A DNA stretch of 62,895 nt, counting the filler, from Globobulimina sp. (taxonomy: Eukaryota): the NCBI GenBank assembly GCA_003354225.1. It is 18 parts of 18 records of this genome, joined end to end, with 100 filler letters (N's around TTAATTAATTAA, not from the genome) between each part and the next. Parts side by side here need not be neighbours in the genome. Positions count along the whole stretch, not along the records: positions 31,513 to 34,912 come from PIVH01002901.1; positions 35,013 to 38,411 come from PIVH01002902.1; positions 38,512 to 41,910 come from PIVH01002903.1; positions 42,011 to 45,409 come from PIVH01002904.1; 14 more parts are not named here. One strand, 5' to 3'. The first letter of the stretch is position 1; the number at the start of each line of letters is the position of its first letter. Below are positions 32,933 through 43,245 of the stretch, piece after piece. The translations under genes were made by a program, and so were the position numbers. The notes below the pieces were generated by a model that was not told the DNA's origin, did not search any database, and saw only the letters and a list, made by a program, of their open reading frames with translations.

Positions 32933-34144
32933 TTATAATCCTAATACTGAAATGTCAATTTCTTGATTTGCCACAACGTCCATTGGAGAGTATAGAGGTT
33001 CTAAACCATATCTCAATAGGTCTATACCGTGGTTATCTGCATCCTTTGGTTTATTTGATATCTCACCGGTTTTTCGGTCAACTATATAACTATACAATCT
33101 GAATGAATCTATCATATTTTTGCAACGGCTATGAATAACCACTTCCTCAAAGCCCTTAATTTTATCAATACCGTCTTCGATTGATCCTTTACCCTTAACC
33201 GCCGGGCGCATCATGGGGAGGCCATGGTTTTTGCAATAGCTTATCAGCTCAGGACGTGCGCTATCTGCTCTTGACGGATAATTCGCGAAATCAGGTATAA
33301 TATTTAATAGATCTGGCGTATCGGGGATCTCGACGCCCACGCCGTATGCCTCGTAATCTATCCAAAGCCTATTATCGTCAACATAAAAGCGAGCTGCATG
33401 AATTGGATCCTTTGCAAATCCCCAGTCAACACCCTCATAAAAGAAATCTATATTACCAGGGGTTTCAAATGTATCGACACGCCATTTACCATAGAATACC
33501 TGAGCCTCTGAATGTGCCAAAGTTTCGCCTTTCCATACATGGAGGTATTTGTCGTAATTGGTTCTTTTGCAGTACTCCATTTCAGCGCGTAAGACTTCGG
33601 GGAAGAAAGGATTCTCATCATAGTTTATAGTAATTTTTAATATATCATCACGGTCGGCAAGTTTGAAATCAACATGTACCGGGTCAGTCTCGTTAGTGGC
33701 GTTATAGGTGAATATTATCTGGCTTCCCTCTTTTCTTATAGTAGGTATAAGAGAATCAAGACTTGACCGGCTTACGCTCATTGCCTCTTCGGGCCAGCAG
33801 ATATCAATTCCCTCAGTTGACTTAATATCATCGTCGTTATTCCATAGACCCTTAAATATAATCTCGGTGCCGTTGCGGCCCTTAATTGATTTCTCTGTTA
33901 TTGTATAAAAATTTTTAAGTTTATGATATTCTATTCTATCACTAAGTAACTTGTGCACAGAATCTTTAATAGAGTTTTGAACCTCGCGAACGCATAGTAT
34001 ACGAGTTTTCGCCTTAGCGCCTCTATAAAGGCAATAATCAGCGGCTGCCCACGACTTACCACCACCACGGCCCCCATCGATACAAATATATCTATGCTTT
34101 GAAGTGAATATAGGCAGTAGCTTTTTAGGGATTCTAATCTGCAT
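32933..34144 (-). CDS. terL: Phage terminase large subunit, PBSX family
   Basis: Walker A 'GGRGGGKS', 'LCVREVQNSIKDSV', Walker B 'WPEEA', nuclease 'GVDWGF', 'ADSARP', 'NHGIDLLRY'. Confidence 0.96.
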   Translation of the reverse strand: MQIRIPKKLLPIFTSKHRYICIDGGRGGGKSWAAADYCLYRGAKAKTRILCVREVQNSIKDSVHKLLSDRIEYHKLKNFYTITEKSIKGRNGTEIIFKGLWNNDDDIKSTEGIDICWPEEAMSVSRSSLDSLIPTIRKEGSQIIFTYNATNETDPVHVDFKLADRDDILKITINYDENPFFPEVLRAEMEYCKRTNYDKYLHVWKGETLAHSEAQVFYGKWRVDTFETPGNIDFFYEGVDWGFAKDPIHAARFYVDDNRLWIDYEAYGVGVEIPDTPDLLNIIPDFANYPSRADSARPELISYCKNHGLPMMRPAVKGKGSIEDGIDKIKGFEEVVIHSRCKNMIDSFRLYSYIVDRKTGEISNKPKDADNHGIDLLRYGLEPLYSPMDVVANQEIDISVLGL

Positions 34145-34616
34145 CTACTTCGACGCCTTCAATAGTGATGTTTATATGTATATCGCCCTCAACTTCATGG
34201 TTGACTTTATCGCGCCAGTTTTCGGGGTCTCTGTTTTTCATCCAGAAAATACCGCTCGTAGGGTTAGGCGGTAGTTGTTTTTTTAATTCAATAATTTCAA
34301 TTTCGCCGTCATTATAAAAAGCTTTTTGCTCTACAACAGTGCACCCTAACGCATTGCGACGAAGGGCATTGACAACTTCATCATCAGCGCTTTCTTTTCC
34401 TTTCTTTAGGGCATCCGAAAACTCAGGATATTTTTCACGCCAATCATGCAACGTTCCGTGTGCGATGTCTAACTCTTCAGCAATTTTTGTATTTGTAAAG
34501 CCATTTTTCGCGGCGAGGTATACCATTTTAGGATGATATTTTGGCCTATATTTTAAAGGTCTGCCAATTTTCTTTTTGGCCGTCTTTTTCTTAGCGATTT
34601 TCTTTTTAGCGGTCAT
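34134..34616 (-). CDS. terS: Phage terminase small subunit
   Basis: 'GRPLKY', HTH, 'WREKYPEFSDALKKGK', 'IFWMKNRDPENWRDK'; overlaps the terL start. Confidence 0.9.
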   Translation of the reverse strand: MTAKKKIAKKKTAKKKIGRPLKYRPKYHPKMVYLAAKNGFTNTKIAEELDIAHGTLHDWREKYPEFSDALKKGKESADDEVVNALRRNALGCTVVEQKAFYNDGEIEIIELKKQLPPNPTSGIFWMKNRDPENWRDKVNHEVEGDIHINITIEGVEVDAD

Positions 34617-34747
34617 CTTATTTGTATTTCCTTATAGTCCATAATGTCCATAAAGCATTTAGAACAGATGTAAAGAGGCTGCGCTTGATTTGAAAATATC
34701 GATGAATCATTTGTAGCCTCTCTTTTGCAATAATAACAATTAACCAT
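34613..34747 (-). CDS. Small phage zinc-ribbon protein (44 aa)
   Basis: MVNCYYCKRE...YICSKCFM...; its stop overlaps the terS start (ATGA). Confidence 0.6.
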   Translation of the reverse strand: MVNCYYCKREATNDSSIFSNQAQPLYICSKCFMDIMDYKEIQIR

Positions 34748-34912
34748 TTACTTGATGTATTCTTCCCGGCTTCCGTCTGAATCTATTTCATAATGAAAAT
34801 CAATATATTTGACTAACACATCGCCAGTGACGACATTATCATTTCGATATATTTTCATATCGAGATTAGCAGAAACCGTTTCACTTGCGGGTGGTGTAAT
34901 TAATGGAAACTC
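34748..34912 (-). CDS. 3' end of a phage hypothetical protein
   Basis: Open from the contig end to TAA 34748 (...IDFHYEIDSDGSREEYIK), immediately followed by the next ATG. Confidence 0.55.
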   Translation of the reverse strand, partial: EFPLITPPASETVSANLDMKIYRNDNVVTGDVLVKYIDFHYEIDSDGSREEYIK

Positions 34913-35362
34913 NNNNNNNNNNNNNNNNNNNNNNNNNNNNNNNNNNNNNNNNNNNNTTAATTAATTAANNNNNNNNNNNNNNNNNNNNNNNNNNNNNNNN
35001 NNNNNNNNNNNNGAATTTACAGTTTTTTACAGATTATTCAAAATAAAAACATTGAAAGTCAAAATTGAATTCTTAAAGGTTGTGTTTCATCGGGAACCAT
35101 TAACATTTTATTATTAACATATTTTCCTTCCGGAATTGAAGTCTTTCCTTTTAGAACCTGTCTGATTGATACAATGCACACACAATACCACAATCAAAAA
35201 AGCAAGCCAAAAGACGAAAGAGTTAGTGTGCTCATACCTATTACCTAGGTCCATCACCTAGGTTCGAAACATTACTTAGGTTTATACAATATCGAAAATA
35301 ATATAAACATAGTTTTATTAGGATTTAGCATATTAATTAGGATTATCACAGACCATTTAATA

Positions 35363-36514
35363 TTGCTTATAATCACAGTCAATGTGTTAAGGACACCCAA
35401 TCAACAAATAAAAAAAAGAAACGGATCCCTCACTGAATTGAGTCCTCTCGATGACCGTGACGACGATGATCATGATTTGCAACAAATGACATCAAAATCA
35501 TCTCATTCGTCTGTATTTATTGATGATGAATCTAAAAAAAGTATTCCCGCGCAAGGTCATGAGAGTGATGATGATGATGAATGGAGAAAAGATAACTCGA
35601 CTCCACATGCCAATGTTTATGATAATTCAAGAAATGGCAGCAAAGTGATGATAGTGTCAAGTCAAAAACAGAAAAATTAACATCATTCAAAAACAGAGAA
35701 GCATATAAGTCTGGTTTTAATGCGAGTGTTGAATCAGGAAATGCATTGGGAAAGACACTGGGGAACAATTCCGAAGATAATATATATGACAAAAGATACA
35801 AAGGATGCAAGTGTAGGAGGTAGAAAAGCGTTTGATTTTGATAATAGAAATAGTGTATGGAGTTGAACATATTGAATGAGTGTAAAATGGCCATGGAATT
35901 CAATCAATTCATTGAGTTTTTGTTACAGTTTATTTCTAGTAACAAAGTTTTTAACTCTAATTCAGATCAGATGGCAACAGTTTGTTTGGATTCAGTGTGT
36001 GGGAAGAAACTATTACAATGGTTTGAATATTATAATGCTTTCTTGTTTTTGTAATGTTAATTATATGACATTTATCAAAATGAATAGGAATAAAGAAGTT
36101 AAAATATTGATACAAATGGAAAATGTAAATATTGGCAAGAAAGGTGGACAGATTCGAGAGTGTTATTTGGATTTAGTGGATGCAGTGAGTTATAGATATA
36201 ACACAGCAATACAACTTCAACAGCAATTAAATAATACCCCATCCATTACAAATGAATTAGATTTAATTGGGGGAAACATTCAAGATATTTGTAATAAAAT
36301 TGATAAATTAAATGAATATTATAAAAATGTATTGACAGAACAACAAAATGAACGGATTGTGTTTGAGAAAAATCAACAAAATTATTATTTGCATGTCGAA
36401 CAACAAAAGTATAAAAAAAAAATTCATAAAGAAATTCAATCATTAAAGGAATTCCATAATATTCTTAAAATAAAGGAAGTGGCAAAACGAAAAAAAGAAA
36501 AAAGTTCAAAATAA
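35363..36514 (+). pseudogene. Fragmented gene of unknown function (acidic N-terminal region, coiled-coil C-terminal region)
   Basis: Several same-strand ORF pieces, an apparent frameshift near 35643 and probable introns; gene model not resolved. Confidence 0.35.
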
Positions 36515-36827
36515 TATGACAACAGATTTTAAACGAATTTTTCCTTCTTGTTCTTGACCTGTTTATGATACGAATTGTCGGATTTATACAACAGACAAAA
36601 GATGTATTTTAAGCTGTTTTCAAACTAACCAAAAATGAACCGTGCTGACAGGAAAGGACTGTCCCAATTATTAGTAAGTGCATATGTTAGAAAATATAGG
36701 ACTCGATATATCCATACAGATATTATTAGCGTCATTCGTGCATTCCATTATATAAAATATAAAATATAAAATATTGGAATTATATTCTATTGGTAGAAAC
36801 ACAAATTATATTCAACAAGAAAATGAA

Positions 36828-38411
36828 TTATCTTTGTGATTCTTGAAACTCTTGAAATGAATATGGAAATCCATACGAATTTGTTAAAACTAATTCTGTT
36901 GCAACATTGCGATGATTAAAGAAATATAATAATTTATAATACCAATCGCATATTTTATTAATTGTTTCTTGTTTTGATTGAGTATATTTAACCATATATC
37001 CGTCTCTCTGTGTTTGCTTCAAAAAATGTTTGCATTTCCCCCTTTTCCCAACATTACCAATCATTCTCTCATTCCCTTCCACCATATAATATTTCCGCGC
37101 AATTGGTGTTAATTCCAATCTTTCTTTTTGTTGTTTCCCTCTTCCATCCACCAACACAGACTGTGCTAAATCATCCCATCGCTTTCTTTCCACCGCAAAA
37201 TCAATCATATAAACGTCGGATTTATTATTATTAATATTAATATCTTGCGAAATAACAATAACATAATCAGCATTGGCTAATTTTTGATATTCCACGCAAA
37301 CACCTTTTTGTTTGACATGTCCTAATACATCAAAATAGTGCAAACTCGTATTTTTAAGGTTTTGTTCAGCGAAATCAATATATAATTTCAATCGAAATGC
37401 CTTACCATCAAACTTTACATAACAACCACTTTTTTTATTGTTGAGGTATGAATTATTTTGTAATTTAACTGCATCCAAATCACATTTAATTTTTGTTGGC
37501 CTCATAGCTGATGATTCAATCACAATTTTTGAATTTGCGCAATGTTGAACAGATTTTTTATGCTTTTTTTTTGGTGGAGCCGAATGAGGAGAAACTGGTA
37601 ATATTTCAATTTCTGAGTCATATTCATCCATTTCATCCAACTGCTTCCTCTTAACACATATATGATTATGTTTTTCCATGTGTTTAGCGTAATGTTTTGG
37701 TGATTTGTATGTTTTGTTTGGAATACAAATCCGACAAAAATACGTTCGTTTTTCAACCAAAGATACAACAACATCTGAATTATTATTATTATCACTGTTA
37801 TTATTGGAAATATTGTGCATTGTTTCCAGTCGAGATATTCTTAATGCTCTCTCCAACTCTTTCTCTTCGTTATACCCATTATGTGGTTGCATTAATTGTG
37901 ATGCCATTAATACGCGCTGTAATTCTAAGTCTTCATTTTGTAGCACATTCAATTCATTTAATTCAAGTGATGGCGGAGATGATGGCTGACAATGTTCAAA
38001 ATAACATCGATAGCCCGCTTCTGTGATTTTATATAATTTATTTTTTCTCTGTTTGGTGACATATCCCTTTTCAATCAACGTAGCCATTCCAGCAAATCCG
38101 CCATATACTCGATATGTGTCATGTTTTGCATTGAAATCGACCGGAGTCAGATGTCTCGCTCTCGATATAATGGTATTTTTATCCAATCCGTTTTCATTTG
38201 CTTTTCTCGATAAAGCCAATACAATAAACATAGCTCTCGTGGCTGTATTTTGTCCATTTCCCTGTTTCTTTGGTATATATTTCTTGTTTATTGCTCTTTG
38301 CTTTTTATTTTTTCTCTCTTCAATGTCTTTTGCTAATTGTCGTTTGATGGCATCTTGGCATCTCCGGGTCTCATGAATTGGGCCCATTCCTCGATTATAT
38401 ATACCTCGCAT
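36828..38411 (-). CDS. MUS81: MUS81-like structure-specific endonuclease (winged helix, 2 UIM-like helices, C2H2 finger, ERCC4); probably 5'-truncated
   Basis: WH 'KYIP...MATLIEKGYV...YKITEAG'; ERCC4 'LYIDFAE...ADYVIV...VERKRWDDLAQSV..DGR..QKERL...YMVEG'. Confidence 0.85.
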   Translation of the reverse strand: MRGIYNRGMGPIHETRRCQDAIKRQLAKDIEERKNKKQRAINKKYIPKKQGNGQNTATRAMFIVLALSRKANENGLDKNTIISRARHLTPVDFNAKHDTYRVYGGFAGMATLIEKGYVTKQRKNKLYKITEAGYRCYFEHCQPSSPPSLELNELNVLQNEDLELQRVLMASQLMQPHNGYNEEKELERALRISRLETMHNISNNNSDNNNNSDVVVSLVEKRTYFCRICIPNKTYKSPKHYAKHMEKHNHICVKRKQLDEMDEYDSEIEILPVSPHSAPPKKKHKKSVQHCANSKIVIESSAMRPTKIKCDLDAVKLQNNSYLNNKKSGCYVKFDGKAFRLKLYIDFAEQNLKNTSLHYFDVLGHVKQKGVCVEYQKLANADYVIVISQDININNNKSDVYMIDFAVERKRWDDLAQSVLVDGRGKQQKERLELTPIARKYYMVEGNERMIGNVGKRGKCKHFLKQTQRDGYMVKYTQSKQETINKICDWYYKLLYFFNHRNVATELVLTNSYGFPYSFQEFQESQR

Positions 38412-38678
38412 NNNNNNNNNNNNNNNNNNNNNNNNNNNNNNNNNNNNNNNNNNNNTTAATTAATTAANNNNNNNNNNNNNNNNNNNNNNNNNNNNNNNNN
38501 NNNNNNNNNNNCTCTAATTTTCCTGTGTCTCTATTTAATCGAATACTCGATCCATGTTTGTCACTCACATTATATGTCACGCCATCGATCAAATCTTTAT
38601 TATTGCTGAATTTGCCTATTTTTGTACATTTACAGTTCATATGAACATATTATAGAAATAATAGAATATAAATTATAT

Positions 38679-39194
38679 TTACACACATTTCTTACAATGT
38701 ACACCATCAAGACTTGCTATTAAATTGCCACAGCTCGTCCATGAAACTTGTCTGGATTTAGCTCTGTCTCCAACGCATCCATTCCACCAAAATGTGTTAG
38801 TTTTATATGCTAACGATGTTATTAATGCAGCTAAATAAGTATTGAATCCCTTAACGTGTTGAATTAATAATAATTGGATATGTGGAAGAATATCAATGAC
38901 CAGGTCATGAAATATTTCATCATCATGTGGCATATTTGTCTCATCGGCAATATGTTCTTCCATACAGACGGACCACAATCCGACACGTTTAAACCAATCG
39001 TCTAACCATCCACGATTAGGGTCATTTGAATTCGCAGCTCCTAAATCTTGATAAACAATATCACCTTGCTTATATTTTGCGCCTTTTTGCCATGTTGTAA
39101 TCTCTCTTTCGTGTGTTGCGTAGATTAATGTTACATGACCTTTATAATGCTTAATTTGGGAATTGGAACCAATTGCATTTTTTGAATCTTCCAT
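38679..39194 (-). CDS. Small protein with a possible CBM5/12-like carbohydrate-binding motif
   Basis: 'WQKGAKYKQGDIVY...WSVCMEEHIADETNMP...FWW'. Confidence 0.45.
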   Translation of the reverse strand: MEDSKNAIGSNSQIKHYKGHVTLIYATHEREITTWQKGAKYKQGDIVYQDLGAANSNDPNRGWLDDWFKRVGLWSVCMEEHIADETNMPHDDEIFHDLVIDILPHIQLLLIQHVKGFNTYLAALITSLAYKTNTFWWNGCVGDRAKSRQVSWTSCGNLIASLDGVHCKKCV

Positions 39195-39594
39195 CTTGTA
39201 ATGGCCACGAAGATTGTTTTTTCTTGTGTGCTTAAGTCAGCTATAATGGGAAATAAAACCAACACTTTCAAAGCCAATCATGTGACAAAACCACTGCATC
39301 AAATACTGACTTATTAATGAATGGTTATGATTGGTGAATTTTTTTGTACAATTACAATGAATTTATCAATCACAAAGTCATTCGGTTGCACGGAATTCAT
39401 GTTTATTGTTTGTTGGTTCATGGGATTTTAGTATATTTGTTCATGATTTGGCATCTCTTGCTGCTGTGTGTTAATGACACAAAAAAGTATTTTCTTTTCC
39501 ATGATCTGTACAATATATCTATACAATATTGACTTTTAGATATCTGTTCATGAAAAATACGATCCCTTATCTATATTGACTTTAATATAATTAA

Positions 39595-40323
39595 TTATAA
39601 ACATTTCTGAATGCCCGGCTTCAATTCATCCTCAATCCATCGTATAACATCCGTTTCATTTCCATTATTTTGAAACACAAAATTCCAATTACTTTTATTA
39701 TCCAATTCACATTCAGTGACATTCAAATCTTTTCTATCATTGAACATCCATCCTCGATGCACTCGTGTTTGATTATATGTATTTATTCGAATTGTTAATA
39801 CTTTATTTCTATCAAAATGTTTGCAATAAAATTCTTCTTCATGCACTCTCCGCAAATCTCCAATGATAATCACATCGAACTGCTTATCACATTGCTCATC
39901 TTCATGAATGATTTGGTCATATATACATTCACAAAATATAAACTTATTGCAATCCTTTGATGATATCTGTTCATACAATTTTGTCATTTCATTCCTATGT
40001 TTCTCTTTATATAATCTGTCCATTCGCATCAATTTGAGATCCGCACCGCTTGCCGAACAATATATTCTTTTCATTTGATCCGAATGATTGAATCGTTTGT
40101 AACTTATACCATATTCATCCAATTTGCGTTGAATTCTCTCACAAATGTAATCCTTTCCAGAATATCTTTTTCCGCTCAATAATAAGACTACTTCATCACG
40201 TTTCTGATTCTGCGCATTTAAATCCAATGAGTTGCAATACATAGAATAGGATATTCCTAAGCTGCCTATCATTCCATAAAGCCAATATCTTCTGAAAAGT
40301 AGAATTCGTTTTATGATTACCAA
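39595..40323 (-). CDS. PMVK: Phosphomevalonate kinase, animal (NMP-kinase fold) type; start uncertain (first ATG 40272)
   Basis: 'LLSGKRYSGKDY', 'YKEKHRNEM', 'IGDLRR', 'RVHRGWMF...D...TECELD...WNFVFQN'. Confidence 0.88.
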   Translation of the reverse strand: MVIIKRILLFRRYWLYGMIGSLGISYSMYCNSLDLNAQNQKRDEVVLLLSGKRYSGKDYICERIQRKLDEYGISYKRFNHSDQMKRIYCSASGADLKLMRMDRLYKEKHRNEMTKLYEQISSKDCNKFIFCECIYDQIIHEDEQCDKQFDVIIIGDLRRVHEEEFYCKHFDRNKVLTIRINTYNQTRVHRGWMFNDRKDLNVTECELDNKSNWNFVFQNNGNETDVIRWIEDELKPGIQKCL

Positions 40324-40341
40324 ATCACTTCAAAAAAAGGT

Positions 40342-41613
40342 TTAATTTTCGTGTAACTTATTTAAAAAGTTTGAGATCTTTGCAATCAATTCCAACCCTT
40401 CCGGAGTTTCCACAAAATATGGCAATCCATGAGTGCGACTCTCTACAATCATTAGTTCGGAATTAACTCCATTTTTGATTGCTTTTTTATGTGCAAACAC
40501 AGCATCATCCCGCAATATTTCGTATTGTGACGCAATAAATAAAAGTTTAGTTGTATCATTTGTTTGTTTACTCCACACACTCCAATCAGCACTCATTGGA
40601 TTCATTTCTTTCGCATCCAATTCATTCAAACTATTCTCTATACACTCATCCATATCATCACCTACTTTCCGACCATGCATATCTCGACAGCCCAACGCAT
40701 ACATTTGAAACAATTGCATTGCGTCATAATTCAACATGGAATCCATTCCTTCATTTTCAACATATGAGTCCAATGAAGAGGGTATACTCAGATCGCACCA
40801 CGGCGAAACTAGTATGACTGCACCAAAATAGTTCCCTTGACGATGAAAATGATGCATCAATATAAGCGCTGCTCCGCCGCCCGAACTGTCCCTGGTTAAA
40901 TAGATATGGTTGAAATCCACAGATAAATGCTGGTGCAAATAAGTCATAACGACCTTGTCCGCATCCTCCAGCAAGGCACCTGACTGCAGCGGGTATTGAG
41001 GGGCTAATCTATAATCAATGCCTAACACTGGCAAACCTGTAAATAAATAGAGATACGACATATACGTATGTTTGTCTCTAACTGTACCAGAAATATAACC
41101 CCCTCCTGGCAATAATAGGAGTACACCATTAGCAAATAATTTTTTCTTTGTTAATTGCGGTGATTTATGGATTAATAATACTGCAATACCCTCAATATCA
41201 TAATATTCATAATAAGTGCCAAACGGAGATACTTTCTTCATAACTTTGGTGTTTCCATCCAATTGCAACAGCTTTAATAATGTTTCCGGTTCGTTTTGTA
41301 ATATATTGGTGAAGTCAGGCATAACTTTCTCGGTAATTGCATTCATTGCAACCAACTGGCACGAAGCTATGGTATTAAACTTTGTGGTGCATAAATTATG
41401 ATCAATTGTGATATGGTTTGCAATGTAAGTTGGTGCATTATATCCTGTTGTTGATTTTGAATATAACGTAGCACATTGCAAAAATAACTTGGCAGCAAAT
41501 GTGGAAAAACTGCATCCAGTTAGAATAAGATCAATTTGTACACATAAGGCAATACCAATTATAAATGAAGATATACATAAAACCGGCTTGGAAAAGAGAA
41601 AAGAAGAAAACAT
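40342..41613 (-). CDS. Alpha/beta hydrolase, hormone-sensitive-lipase (abhydrolase_3) family, N-terminal membrane anchor
   Basis: 'PGGGY', 'DYRLAPQYP', 'RDSSGG', 'SPWCD', 'EILRDD', 'HG'. Confidence 0.88.
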   Translation of the reverse strand: MFSSFLFSKPVLCISSFIIGIALCVQIDLILTGCSFSTFAAKLFLQCATLYSKSTTGYNAPTYIANHITIDHNLCTTKFNTIASCQLVAMNAITEKVMPDFTNILQNEPETLLKLLQLDGNTKVMKKVSPFGTYYEYYDIEGIAVLLIHKSPQLTKKKLFANGVLLLLPGGGYISGTVRDKHTYMSYLYLFTGLPVLGIDYRLAPQYPLQSGALLEDADKVVMTYLHQHLSVDFNHIYLTRDSSGGGAALILMHHFHRQGNYFGAVILVSPWCDLSIPSSLDSYVENEGMDSMLNYDAMQLFQMYALGCRDMHGRKVGDDMDECIENSLNELDAKEMNPMSADWSVWSKQTNDTTKLLFIASQYEILRDDAVFAHKKAIKNGVNSELMIVESRTHGLPYFVETPEGLELIAKISNFLNKLHEN

Positions 41614-42010
41614 GATCAGCTAAAGTTTTTTACCGTTTTTAACATATATTCAGCTAATTCCTTGGTTAGTACCAAATACTACCAATATATGGTAAGGTGG
41701 AAGTGTAACATTCATGCATTCAGAGATCGATCTGGATATGACAACTTTGTTAAAAACAAACCGACGGGAAACCATATCAAAACTAAAACATGGACACCAT
41801 GTTTTGCGTCCATTCGCACAGTGTGACTTTTTTTTAAAAAGACTGTTTATTGCAAAATCATGTCTTCGATCCCTTTTCTTTCAGAACCTGATTGCAGTTG
41901 GTACACGTCCNNNNNNNNNNNNNNNNNNNNNNNNNNNNNNNNNNNNNNNNNNNNTTAATTAATTAANNNNNNNNNNNNNNNNNNNNNNNNNNNNNNNNNN
42001 NNNNNNNNNN

Positions 42011-43214
42011 GTATCATGCATATTTGCACCATGAACGACATTGTTTCCTTCTATCTGTTTCGCATTGTTGTTATCATCATAATTCTCCTGTTTGTCTTTC
42101 ATTCTCTTAACAAATAACAATATTTTCTTTCTGTGGCCATTTTTATTGACTCCCATTTGCTGTAAATCCGCATCATTCAAGGTTTCAATGATTGTATCCA
42201 TATCATCAAATCCGTCATTTATAAAAAGATCAGCATATTGCGGTAACTTCACTTTTTGAGATAGCCACATTCTCACTGCTTTTCCAGGGTCGCTGTTTTG
42301 TTCATCTTCAACAGATTCATTCTCTGATTCATGCTTTTCATCGTCACCATATTTAATTGGCCTCCTTCCTTCTTGACACATAATACAAACATTATTTGCC
42401 CCAACATTAAAAAATGTACACTTTGGACAATCCCAACCATCATCGTTTTCCTTCATTTCTTCTGTATTTTTTCGTGGTTTTTGTGTAAAAATAGAATCAT
42501 GCGAGATGCAAAAATGTGCATTTTTATTAGAAACTTTTGGTTTTGCATATTTTTGGGATGCATTTATGACTCGAACACCTTGTTGGATTAAATGTATTTG
42601 ATTATTAATTATCGTTGCTTTAAATAAGCAATTGTCGAAGGGACATTTTATTTGACTTTTTCTGAATTGCTTTGTTTCTCTGTTCTATATAAATATATCG
42701 TCTGTTATTTCATTACTATTCCCGTCATGTTCATATCCACCAAAAACAGCAATGAATCTCTGATCGGCGCTTAATACGCATTCATGCCCCATAAGTTTTG
42801 AAGGCAAACGGACTGCTAATTTGCTGTATTTATTTGTTGTAACATCATACAAAAAAATGTGATCGAACTGATGGTCATTTCCAACGCCCGGCCCACAGCC
42901 TCCCATAACAAGCATAATATTGATGTGATAAACCATGACGTTCAACGTATGTAACAGAATGATGTGATAAACCAACCCATGGACAGTTCTTTGCTTTCCG
43001 CATATGGCTGAATGTATGGATAATGTCAAAATTTTGTTTCTTGTTATTCCATATTAAATGATGGGGATTCCTAAAACCACCGATTATATGAATGTCATTG
43101 TTAATAACAATCGATTTAGCGCCTGGACCAACATTCTGTGTCAACCCTTCTTTTATTGATGATTTCGGCAAATTGTGAGAACCGGAAAGGAGGCAATTCT
43201 TTCCAGTGTGCCAT
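42011..43214 (-). pseudogene. Disrupted Kelch - RanBP2 zinc finger - SAM gene
   Basis: ATG 43214 (MAHWKRIASFP) is out of frame with the Kelch repeats; a 13-nt insertion near 42922-42934; in-frame TAG at 42685-42687, after which the frame is open into 'WDCPKCTFFN...CIMC' and SAM 'VKLPQYADLF...GHRKKIL'. Confidence 0.8.
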
Positions 43215-43245
43215 GATACTACTCACAGTTTTACACTTTTGAATT

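Larger units (their letters stand above)
31513..34912 (-). mobile_element. Tailed-phage (Caudoviricetes) or prophage DNA-packaging module contig
   Basis: Tightly packed, overlapping, intronless co-directional genes terS-terL-portal; visibly higher GC than the host contigs. Confidence 0.95.

Noticed and set aside
31413-35012. Phage genes integrated in the eukaryotic genome or linked to neighbouring MUS81/WD40 genes
   Set aside because: The phage sequence fills its whole contig between spacers, with no junction to host DNA.
42685-42687. TAG stop-codon reassignment or readthrough
   Set aside because: It is a single in-frame TAG in a gene with other lesions. TAG ends another host ORF (44614), and long conserved genes show no internal TAG, TAA or TGA.
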